Origin: a virus
Direction: 5' to 3' (one strand)
Virus record (IMG/VR): IMGVR_UViG_3300009111_000006
Length of the DNA: 57,871 bases
Both the position numbers and the translations under genes were made by a program. A model generated the notes under the pieces. That model ran no database searches and was not told the origin of the DNA. It was given only the letters and a program-made list of their open reading frames with translations. Shown piece by piece: positions 36,351 through 43,436 of the stretch; positions within the stretch are counted from its first letter, which is position 1, and each line of letters starts with the position of its first letter.

Positions 36351-36881
36351 TTATTCTGGCGCAAAAGCGGGGGCGCAGGTGAAACTGATTGAATTGCGGC
36401 GATTATTTCTTTTCGCAGCTTGAACCATCGAACCAGCGATCTCGATGTCTCTCTCGATGTTATGGGTGGCGTGTACCCATGCGAAAGTGGCTGTTATACC
36501 TTCGTTCTTCAGGCAAGCAGCGAGGCGGGAGCAAAAACCTTCGGCGTTATCGCTGGACAGGATGAAGACAAGTTCGTCACCCGAAAACCAGCGGGCACGC
36601 AGCATACAATCGGCGGCGCGAACATGAATCGCCCGCTTGATCTTGCCGTTCATGACCTCGTAACCGTTCTTACCACCTTCGCTGTATTTCTCGTTCAGGG
36701 TGTGTAGGTTATCAATATCCATGAAGATCACACAGCGGGCAGTGTTGGCGATGCGGGGAAGTTCATACTTCAGGGCGGCTCGGGTGGTAACACCAAAGGC
36801 GGGATCCACCGAAAGTTCATTGACCATCATCTGCATGGTCAAGAGTTGGGCTTGCAAGTCGTGGTAAGAATGGCGTGGCAT
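36351..36881 (-). CDS. Stand-alone GGDEF-family nucleotide cyclase-like protein (SGDEL motif)
   Basis: DPAFGVTTRAAL, FMDIDNLHTLNEKY, RWFSGDELVFIL, TATFAWVHA and MVQAAKRNNRR line up with GGDEF-domain landmarks. Confidence 0.75.
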   Translation of the reverse strand: MPRHSYHDLQAQLLTMQMMVNELSVDPAFGVTTRAALKYELPRIANTARCVIFMDIDNLHTLNEKYSEGGKNGYEVMNGKIKRAIHVRAADCMLRARWFSGDELVFILSSDNAEGFCSRLAACLKNEGITATFAWVHATHNIERDIEIAGSMVQAAKRNNRRNSISFTCAPAFAPE

Positions 36882-36903
36882 GGTTGCGTTTCCTTTCGTT
36901 TCA

Positions 36904-36947
36904 AGTGTAGCAAAGTTCCGATACACATCGGGAGTGTCAAATATCAC
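36904..36947 (-). promoter_or_regulatory. Box variant, then a TTCCGAT/ATCGGGA hairpin, then a TACACT -10, upstream of the GGDEF gene
   Basis: Box at 36934..36947, hairpin at 36916..36933, -10 at 36904..36909. Confidence 0.45.
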
Positions 36948-36965
36948 AAAAAGCGTGTGACATAT

Positions 36966-37199
36966 TTATTTTTTCGTTGCTTTGATCAGGTAGCAGATCG
37001 GCTTTCCGGTTTTCCAGTCCTTGGGCCCGTCTTCTACGTGCCATTTGTACTCTGGGCGACGCTGGTCAAGGTTGTATTGCACTGCCCATGCTTCTTCCTG
37101 GGTGCGTGCGGCAGTGTGGGGAAGTTCAACGAGATCGCAGAAGATCATGATCTTCTTCAAGGAGATTGTCTGAATCAGATTGTGAAGTTTTTCGCTCAT
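36966..37199 (-). CDS. Hypothetical protein (77 aa)
   Basis: AAAGGAATAAT RBS. Confidence 0.45.
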   Translation of the reverse strand: MSEKLHNLIQTISLKKIMIFCDLVELPHTAARTQEEAWAVQYNLDQRRPEYKWHVEDGPKDWKTGKPICYLIKATKK

Positions 37200-37203
37200 G
37201 AGA

Positions 37204-37434
37204 TTATTCCTTTGCAATGTTGTCACGGTGGATGGAGATCGGCTGTCCGCTTTCCAGCGCTCTTACCCCAGACTTGGTACACGTCCAGGGCAGTCCATAG
37301 GGGGTATAGAAGGGGAGCTGTGTTTTTTCTGGATTGTTCAAGTGATCGGTGCGGACATAGCAGGTGTTATTCCAGCGATCAGTTACCTTCGTCACTGCAA
37401 AGTGACCGGGGAGCGGTGCGACTTTTTCAGACAT
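37204..37434 (-). CDS. Hypothetical protein (76 aa)
   Basis: AAAAGGAATAT RBS. It overlaps the upstream stop. Confidence 0.45.
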   Translation of the reverse strand: MSEKVAPLPGHFAVTKVTDRWNNTCYVRTDHLNNPEKTQLPFYTPYGLPWTCTKSGVRALESGQPISIHRDNIAKE

Positions 37435-38773
37435 GGGAATATTCCTTTTTGATGGTCTTGAATTCATCCGTAACGTTGATCGCCTGGGTATCCTTGTGGG
37501 CGGTCAGGATGGATTGGAAGAGCTTACGTGTGGTGGTAAGAGTAATCCAGTCAAGCGAACCGGTATCACTGGCGGGGGCGTGCTCGGTGCTTTCTTTCCA
37601 GTTCTTGCGCTGGAGGTTGCCAAAGGCGCGATACAAGCGGCGCAATTCATTAGCGCATGTGGCGGGGAGATTCTTATACTCCCGGCGGATGCGTGCCCGC
37701 TCTTTGTTCATGGCGGTCATTAGTTCCGATTTGGAAGTCCGCACCTGATCAGGTGCGGACTGGTTGATTGGTTGGGGATTGCAAAAGACCATGGCGAAAA
37801 TTGCGCCCCATTCGGGGTGTATTTTGCCCCAGTTGTCAGTCTGATTTTGCACTTTTACAACCTGTATACGGTCACACTGTACAGCATCATCGGCTGGGGA
37901 TGTTTCCAGCCCGCGGGGATCCATTTCGTAGGGGAATGGGTCCTGCTTTTGTTCGTCGAAATTCCAGCCCGAAGGTTGCCAGATGAACGGAGTGGGATCG
38001 GAGTACTCGCGTTTTTCGCCGTAAGCATCCGTACCATCACCGGCCTGTAATTGGGTAGGACTTTCCAGGAACAGGGGCATAATGATGTATTGAATGTTGG
38101 CAAACTTGAACAGGAACGGCGCATTGTGGGCGTTCATGGTGACGGTAATCGCTTCACCATCGGCGGATTTGGTCATTTCATACAGGAACTTTGCGTTGAT
38201 ACCAGCCACAAACGGGGGAACATTTGTCACATTACAGGGGATGTCCCAACGAGTCGAACCGATTTCTTCACTCTTGCTTGCGAGCACATGCCCGGATGAC
38301 GTAATGCTCCAGTGAATGGGATTGTAGGGGAGTTGGGCGCTTTTGGCGAATGAATTCATGTGAGCGGCGGCGGCGGTAAAGTCGGCGGGCAATTCATAGG
38401 TGTATTTCGCCATGCGGGGGATGATTTGGTTGTAATCCGGGAAGGTGGCCTCTACCAGCGAAACCGCTTTACCGTCAATCTCGTGCTTGACCATATCGAT
38501 CGAGATCATTTGTCCCTTGCTTGTTTTGCTCTTTGCAATGGCTTTCATGGTATCCATGGAAACCAGCATCCCGGCGTGCAGTTCGTCAACGGGCTGATCA
38601 GTTTCGAATTCTGCAACGGCTATGCGGAAACCATCGGCGGATACGAGGCGCAAGGTATTGCGGTAATGGTGGAAAAACACGCCACAAAGAGCGGGGCGTG
38701 CATCATCTTTTGACGCGCAAGGGATGACACGATTGATTGCTTTCTTGAATTCAACGGCTGAAATGGTGATCAT
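37427..38773 (-). CDS. DnaN (beta sliding clamp)-like protein with only two clamp domains, plus a C-terminal extension of about 210 aa
   Basis: RPALCGVFF...LRLVSADGFRIAV (domain I), FPDYNQIIP, ...QYIIMPLFL (clamp C-terminus) at about residue 236 of 448. Confidence 0.6.
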   Translation of the reverse strand: MITISAVEFKKAINRVIPCASKDDARPALCGVFFHHYRNTLRLVSADGFRIAVAEFETDQPVDELHAGMLVSMDTMKAIAKSKTSKGQMISIDMVKHEIDGKAVSLVEATFPDYNQIIPRMAKYTYELPADFTAAAAHMNSFAKSAQLPYNPIHWSITSSGHVLASKSEEIGSTRWDIPCNVTNVPPFVAGINAKFLYEMTKSADGEAITVTMNAHNAPFLFKFANIQYIIMPLFLESPTQLQAGDGTDAYGEKREYSDPTPFIWQPSGWNFDEQKQDPFPYEMDPRGLETSPADDAVQCDRIQVVKVQNQTDNWGKIHPEWGAIFAMVFCNPQPINQSAPDQVRTSKSELMTAMNKERARIRREYKNLPATCANELRRLYRAFGNLQRKNWKESTEHAPASDTGSLDWITLTTTRKLFQSILTAHKDTQAINVTDEFKTIKKEYSHV

Positions 38774-38817
38774 AAGGATTATCCTTTCTAATATAGGGGG
38801 AGTTTATCTTTCCATGA

Positions 38818-38848
38818 CTGTACACAATTCAGGGGGGATTGTGTACAG
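38818..38848 (-). other. Perfect 11-bp stem-loop flanked by direct GGGGGAGTTTAT repeats (38796..38807 and 38863..38874)
   Basis: CTGTACACAAT-9 nt-ATTGTGTACAG. Confidence 0.7.
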
Positions 38849-38875
38849 ATAAGAAGACAAGCGGGGGAGTTTATT

Positions 38876-39226
38876 TTAGATTTGGCAGGGTTCAACGTCC
38901 GCAACATATTTACCGTCAATGTTGCGATCAATAAAGTATCGATATGCAACCTGAAGATTTACGTCTTCAGCCATACTCGTGCAGTAGAATGATCCATCTT
39001 CAAAAATGACTTTGTAGGCGGTCAAGGTGTCACTGCCAATTGACCGGCCTTTGATGCAACCTTCCCATGAATAGCGACGGCCACAATTGCAAATGATGTC
39101 AGGTCCAGGCTTGAACCATGATTCGGGGGAGTTTCCACATGGGCAACGTAGGTGACCGGGGGCAGGATACCCAGCGGGGGCATTATTGCGAATCCAAGCG
39201 ACTTTTAAGAGTTTAGAAGTGATCAT
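38876..39226 (-). CDS. Cys-rich hypothetical protein (116 aa)
   Basis: CPCG...CNCG. AAAGGATGG RBS. Confidence 0.5.
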   Translation of the reverse strand: MITSKLLKVAWIRNNAPAGYPAPGHLRCPCGNSPESWFKPGPDIICNCGRRYSWEGCIKGRSIGSDTLTAYKVIFEDGSFYCTSMAEDVNLQVAYRYFIDRNIDGKYVADVEPCQI

Positions 39227-39241
39227 AATTACCATCCTTTT

Positions 39242-39499
39242 TTATTTGAATTGCTGGCAGGTGGCGCACCATTCCTTGCCAGTGATAACGTCAGTTACAA
39301 ATTTGTGAATATGGCGATAATGGGCAACATTAGCGAGGACTTGCATTTTGTAGGACATACCAAGTATCGACGCACTAAAGGCAAGATCGACTGCATACTC
39401 CATATCCATGCCGCAATCAATCAAGCCTTTGACCTCGTTCGTCATACTTTCAACGCGATTTGTTGCCCATGTTTTTATGTCAAGATTGTTAGCGGGCAT
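39242..39499 (-). CDS. Hypothetical protein (85 aa, start at MPANNL)
   Basis: AAAGGATAAT RBS. It fits between its neighbours, so the longer 39242..39853 ORF is rejected. Confidence 0.45.
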   Translation of the reverse strand: MPANNLDIKTWATNRVESMTNEVKGLIDCGMDMEYAVDLAFSASILGMSYKMQVLANVAHYRHIHKFVTDVITGKEWCATCQQFK

Positions 39500-39506
39500 A
39501 GGGGGA

Positions 39507-39872
39507 TTATCCTTTCTTATTGCGCTTGCAGTGACAAATTTGGTTGTTATCGCCGATCTGGTACCCATGCCATGGTTGACCTTCAAAATCAAACCAAACA
39601 TCCACGCGATCACAACCGAAGTTATGGCGGGAGGTTGAATATTGCTTGACCTTGAATTCAACTTTGCCAGTCCAATCAGTGACAAAGTACTTGCCATCAC
39701 GTTTGACCAAGTACATTGTATTTTTGCCAGTAGTGCGCATGATCTCGCGTTCATTCTCGGCGCAGCAATCCCAACAAATCTTTTTGTTGTCGGGGGTGAT
39801 ACCGTAACCGCGAGTATGTTCACTGTGATCAGATTCGATATGTCCACAGTCACAAATAATCTTTTCGTTCAT
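39507..39872 (-). CDS. Cys/His-rich hypothetical protein (121 aa)
   Basis: CDCGH...CWDCC...CHC. AAAGGATGGCATACG ATG. Confidence 0.5.
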   Translation of the reverse strand: MNEKIICDCGHIESDHSEHTRGYGITPDNKKICWDCCAENEREIMRTTGKNTMYLVKRDGKYFVTDWTGKVEFKVKQYSTSRHNFGCDRVDVWFDFEGQPWHGYQIGDNNQICHCKRNKKG

Positions 39873-39920
39873 CGTATGCCATCCTTTTTTTTTGAATAGG
39901 GGAGAATTGATTACACATGA

Positions 39921-39948
39921 CTGGTTACAACCAAGGGGTTGTAACCAG
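39921..39948 (-). other. Perfect 12-bp stem-loop followed (on the - strand) by the TCATGTGTAATCAATTC box
   Basis: CTGGTTACAACC-aagg-GGTTGTAACCAG. Box at 39904..39920. Confidence 0.7.
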
Positions 39949-39961
39949 ATTCTGTACTCAA

Positions 39962-40609
39962 TTAGTCACGGGGGATGTTGTTATAGAAGGCGGACATTTC
40001 GCCGAAGTCAACGCATTTCAATGTGCTGCCAGTCCACACAAAGAGCTTGTGTTGTTTTTCCTTGCTTTCTTGCTTGATAATCTCACGGCTAAAATCACCC
40101 TGCTTGGTGATAATCCATGTACCAGTATCGCGAACCATCCAAATAAAGCGGGCGGATTGTGCAAGCGTACCCAACACCAAGGTGTCATGATGATAGAAGT
40201 CATCTTCATAGTGCCGGATTGTGCTGTCCGCTTGTGCTTTCATGGCGGTATAGGCTGGGTGACTTTTCCCGTTCTTATGGGTGACTTTCAAGGACTTGAT
40301 CGCCTTGCGAATGGCTTTCTTTGCATCTTCAATAGCTAATTCGCTTGTGTAGCGAATTGCGTCATTCTCCCCTTGCCAATTGGCAAGCGAGTCATTCTCA
40401 TTGCGCATAAGGCGATAATGCCATTCTTCAGCGATCCCTTTATAGTCAAATTTGGGGGAGAATGTTTTCTTGTCAATGTCACAAGAGACTTCTAAATAGG
40501 TGTAATTGTGCTGATACGGGTAGTAATTACTAGCACCATGATCAACGGCGATCACTGCGGCGCTATTGGAAGACTTTACAGTTATGGTATAGTTTTTCTT
40601 TGTAGCCAT
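39962..40609 (-). CDS. Hypothetical protein (215 aa)
   Basis: Its 19-nt RBS/start context is identical to that of 39507..39872. Confidence 0.55.
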   Translation of the reverse strand: MATKKNYTITVKSSNSAAVIAVDHGASNYYPYQHNYTYLEVSCDIDKKTFSPKFDYKGIAEEWHYRLMRNENDSLANWQGENDAIRYTSELAIEDAKKAIRKAIKSLKVTHKNGKSHPAYTAMKAQADSTIRHYEDDFYHHDTLVLGTLAQSARFIWMVRDTGTWIITKQGDFSREIIKQESKEKQHKLFVWTGSTLKCVDFGEMSAFYNNIPRD

Positions 40610-40929
40610 CGTATGCCATCCTTTTGGACTTTTTTCTTTTTGAAAATAAAAAAATTTGAAGCGAATGCCCCGATAATGCTGGCAATCGCGGTAACTATCG
40701 TCACCATTGCGGACATAATAGGTCTGATTATGTCCGCTGGGGTGAGTTTAGCGAAACTTCAAAACATGGCGAATTTCATACAACGAAACAAGAAGGTTTT
40801 GCATAACATATCTGGTATGTCGGAATGATGTTCCTGGCGCGTGTCTGTTTTTCCACAGATCGCGTATATCATCTGTGAGACGTCTTTCTTCTTGTTTTAG
40901 CTTATGGGTGGGGAAAGTTGAATACATAG

Positions 40930-41346
40930 CTATCTCATCATCTTTGCGCTTTTGCGGTAGTTGTATACCTTGCGTCTGGCATTCGGGTTCAAGGTGTGTA
41001 CATGGCGCAAGCCGTTTTCGTCTTCTGTTATTTTTGCTACAACGTAGTCGCCATTCGAAACTGTTCTGGTAGTGATGATGGGTTCGATTTTGTCAAAGCT
41101 GTCATTGAAGTGCGATTCGCTGAAATAGCCGCCCTGGATGGGCTGGCAGCTCCATTCGCCGGGATTAGTGAGCGGGGCTGTCAGTTTCAAGCCGCGTTCT
41201 TTCATCCAGCGCACTAGGCCGCGTTTTGTCTCAAAGGCTGTGTGAGCCGTGCAATGCGACGTTACCGTGTACCAGTAATTGCATGTTCTTTCGTGTTGTT
41301 CCTGGGTAAGAACGCAAACATATAAGCCATCGTGGTATCCGTACAT
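40930..41346 (-). CDS. Hypothetical protein (138 aa)
   Basis: AAAAGGAAAAAA RBS. Confidence 0.5.
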   Translation of the reverse strand: MYGYHDGLYVCVLTQEQHERTCNYWYTVTSHCTAHTAFETKRGLVRWMKERGLKLTAPLTNPGEWSCQPIQGGYFSESHFNDSFDKIEPIITTRTVSNGDYVVAKITEDENGLRHVHTLNPNARRKVYNYRKSAKMMR

Positions 41347-41533
41347 GATATTTTTTCCTTTTTTTGTGAATGATTAGAATATGTTGGTAACACATGACCG
41401 GGAGCGAATATCCTTGCCTTATACGTCAGGCTATATTGTTACCCTGTTGGGACGTATCAAGGGAACTGTATTCGCGCCCAGATTCTGTTACTAACGATTT
41501 TATGCTTAACTTAATTGCAGTTAAGTACAATCA

Positions 41534-41791
41534 TTATTTGGCGTATACGATTTCTAATTCAACGCAATTACAAGCGAGACCAAAGCAAGGGTGAGCATAA
41601 AAGAATTCGTCATCGGCTGGGCTGTAAATAACGTGCTCGTATCCTGCCAGCTTTGCGCGTTCCTGATATTTGCGCTCAAAGTTTTCGATTTGCTGGATTT
41701 CGCTGTCATCCAGCCCGCTTGTATCGCCGTTGACAAGTGCGCATAATGCCCACGCAGGAAAGTTTTCAGTTCCGTATAAGGTTGTATCCAT
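41534..41791 (-). CDS. Hypothetical protein (85 aa, start at MDTTLYG)
   Basis: GGAGAAAAAAA RBS. Confidence 0.45.
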   Translation of the reverse strand: MDTTLYGTENFPAWALCALVNGDTSGLDDSEIQQIENFERKYQERAKLAGYEHVIYSPADDEFFYAHPCFGLACNCVELEIVYAK

Positions 41792-41849
41792 TTTTTTTCT
41801 CCATTCTGATTGTGTTATGTAGCGGACAAATTGTGATGTCGGCTTATAA

Positions 41850-42020
41850 CTATCGAATTCTGCGTACCCACCCAGCGGGCGGAAATGCAGCGACTTTTTC
41901 AATGTCGGCTTTCACGTTGACCGGTAACTCTGCGGGCACCTTGCCAGCTAGGTCAACCACGATCACATTTTTTACTGCGAGTAATAAGCGAGGGTCTAGA
42001 TTTTCAGGTATGCCGATCAT
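41850..42020 (-). CDS. Hypothetical protein (56 aa). Below the ORF-track cutoff.
   Basis: My translation is MIGIPENLDPRLLLAVKNVIVVDLAGKVPAELPVNVKADIEKVAAFPPAGWVRRIR. AAAGGGTAAT RBS. Confidence 0.35.
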   Translation of the reverse strand: MIGIPENLDPRLLLAVKNVIVVDLAGKVPAELPVNVKADIEKVAAFPPAGWVRRIR

Positions 42021-42032
42021 GTGATTACCCTT

Positions 42033-42185
42033 TTAGAAACCAAAGACTTTAGCGAACATATTGACGTTACCAGCGGCGCTATTAGCAGCGCTCATGTCTA
42101 CCGTTGAACCAGCAGCGGCAGAGAAGTAGCAGAACAGGCAGTACACAACGAACAGGAACAGAGCGAACAGTGCGACGTTTTTCAT
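42033..42185 (-). CDS. Small secreted or membrane protein (50 aa, start at MKNVALF)
   Basis: AAAGGATAAT RBS. Hydrophobic N-terminus. Confidence 0.45.
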   Translation of the reverse strand: MKNVALFALFLFVVYCLFCYFSAAAGSTVDMSAANSAAGNVNMFAKVFGF

Positions 42186-42229
42186 GAGATTATCCTTTTT
42201 GTTTGAATGGTTGAATTGAGTACACATGA

Positions 42230-42254
42230 GAGTGAACTAGAGCCTAGTTCACTC
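42230..42254 (-). other. Perfect 11-bp stem-loop followed (on the - strand) by the TCATGTGTACTCAATTC box
   Basis: GAGTGAACTAG-agc-CTAGTTCACTC. Box at 42213..42229. Confidence 0.7.
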
Positions 42255-42455
42255 ATTCTGTATTCAATTGTCGATGTCTTTATAGTCTTCTCACTGGTAG
42301 AGCTGCCATCGGTGTACCCAGTCGCTACTGGTGGAACCTACGTATATACTCAGTTACCGCGTGTGAGACTTTGTTCTTATTTGGTTGTCAATGTGCTAGT
42401 GTTTCTTACTTCCTTGTTTCTATACTTATTATAGCACGCGTGAGCGATAACAATA

Positions 42456-42491
42456 GTGTCATTTGTCATATATTTTTATGACAAATGTCAT
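42456..42491. promoter_or_regulatory. Two RTGAC-N4-GTCAY boxes in inverted orientation, 22 bp centre to centre
   Basis: GTGTCATTTGTCAT (42456..42469) and ATGACAAATGTCAT (42478..42491), inside the 445-bp early/late divergent region. Confidence 0.6.
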
Positions 42492-42612
42492 AATACATTT
42501 GTTCTATATTGCCAAACACGAACTTTATTCGTTGCTCGAATTCGACATAGGCACTACTTCTCACGCACGATTTCCGATTTTTCAATTCCATCCATATTTC
42601 CCCCGATAAAAT

Positions 42613-42655
42613 ATGACGAATGTCACTTGTGACGCAGCTCTCGCTGTTGTAAGAT
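42613..42655 (+). promoter_or_regulatory. Late-arm promoter: the box abuts the -35 TTGTGA, 17-nt spacer, -10 TAAGAT
   Basis: Box at 42613..42626, -35 at 42627..42632, -10 at 42650..42655, AAGGAG RBS, ATG at 42673. Confidence 0.55.
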
Positions 42656-42672
42656 GAGACAAAGGAGATGCT

Positions 42673-42927
42673 ATGAAACGTAAATTGCACAGACTGAAGG
42701 CGTGGCCGGAGTATTTTTCTGCTGTGAAGAGTGGAAAGAAAACTTTTGAAGTCCGCAAGAACGATCGGGATTTCAATGCCGGTGATATTGTTGAGCTGAA
42801 CGAGTGGAATCCAGATTCTCAAGAGTATTCTGGAAGAGCGTTGACCTTTACGATTGGATACGTTCTTCGCGAAGAGTTTGGATTACAGCCTGGTTACTGC
42901 GCGTTTTCTCTTTTACCGAGAGAGTAA
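42673..42927 (+). CDS. DUF3850 / ASCH-like domain protein
   Basis: HRLKAWPEYFSAVKSGKKTFEVRKNDRDFNAGDIVELNEW. Confidence 0.65.
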   Translation: MKRKLHRLKAWPEYFSAVKSGKKTFEVRKNDRDFNAGDIVELNEWNPDSQEYSGRALTFTIGYVLREEFGLQPGYCAFSLLPRE

Positions 42928-42956
42928 AAGAGTATTTTCACTTAGGAGAAACGACA

Positions 42957-43220
42957 ATGTCTGAATCTGGATCGAACGTTACAAACGACGAACTGATGAA
43001 CGACATCCAGAATACCGAGCGGGAACTGGGTGCCTACCGTGCCATTGCCAACGGGTTTGAAGTCTTGGCTGGGTTGCCGGAGAATTCGCCGACTGATGAG
43101 AGGAACTATCAGTTCCAGGCTGGCAGGTATCGTGATCGCGCCGAGGCGTGCGGGAAGTTCCTGGCGAAGTTGCTGAAACTGGCGGAGGAGCGTGGTTTGG
43201 CTGAGAGAGTGGGGGACTGA
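42957..43220 (+). CDS. Hypothetical protein (87 aa)
   Basis: AGGAG RBS before MSESGSN. Confidence 0.5.
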   Translation: MSESGSNVTNDELMNDIQNTERELGAYRAIANGFEVLAGLPENSPTDERNYQFQAGRYRDRAEACGKFLAKLLKLAEERGLAERVGD

Positions 43221-43399
43221 TGACCGAGAAGCAGATGCTTGCCCTGAGAAAAGTGATCGAGTACCTGGACGAGGAGCGAAAGGACTATCACGCGAGCGGG
43301 AGGCCGGAGGGTCATGTCTACGAAAGCGTGATGGTGTTGGAAGAGCTTTTGGACAGGGAAGAGCGTCTCGAGTTGTTCATCGCGAGGAAGAAATATTGA
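43220..43399 (+). CDS. Hypothetical protein (59 aa). Below the ORF-track cutoff.
   Basis: ATGA-type overlap with the upstream stop. My translation is MTEKQMLALRKVIEYLDEERKDYHASGRPEGHVYESVMVLEELLDREERLELFIARKKY. A terminator follows. Confidence 0.45.
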   Translation: MTEKQMLALRKVIEYLDEERKDYHASGRPEGHVYESVMVLEELLDREERLELFIARKKY

Positions 43400-43420
43400 C
43401 CGCCGAGAGGCGGTTTTTTC
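43399..43420 (+). terminator. Intrinsic terminator
   Basis: ACCGCC-gaga-GGCGGT-TTTTT. Confidence 0.7.
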
Positions 43421-43421
43421 T

Positions 43422-43430
43422 TGCTATAAT
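43422..43430 (+). promoter_or_regulatory. Extended -10 promoter TGcTATAAT for leaderless gmhA
   Basis: The TATAAT at 43425..43430 ends 6 nt before the ATG at 43437. No SD. Confidence 0.5.
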
Positions 43431-43436
43431 GTGTGT

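Noticed and set aside
36846-37748. 300-aa ORF on the + strand
   Set aside because: It is antisense to the GGDEF gene, two small genes and the clamp gene, all of which have canonical AAAGGA-type RBSs.
39242-39853. 203-aa ORF on the - strand
   Set aside because: Its N-terminal two thirds overlap the better Cys/His-rich ORF 39507..39872 in another frame. Only the last 85 aa (39242..39499), with their own RBS, were kept.
40709-40737. Perfect 11-bp inverted repeat GCGGACATAAT-7 nt-ATTATGTCCGC in the 320-bp gap at 40610..40929
   Set aside because: It is real as a sequence feature, but it is isolated, has no U-tract and does not recur. Small ORFs of 33 and 44 aa can be drawn here but lack RBSs. 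Not enough evidence to call a feature.
42466-42822. 118-aa ORF on the - strand
   Set aside because: It spans the main divergent control region and the start of the DUF3850 gene. No RBS. It is likely non-coding regulatory DNA.
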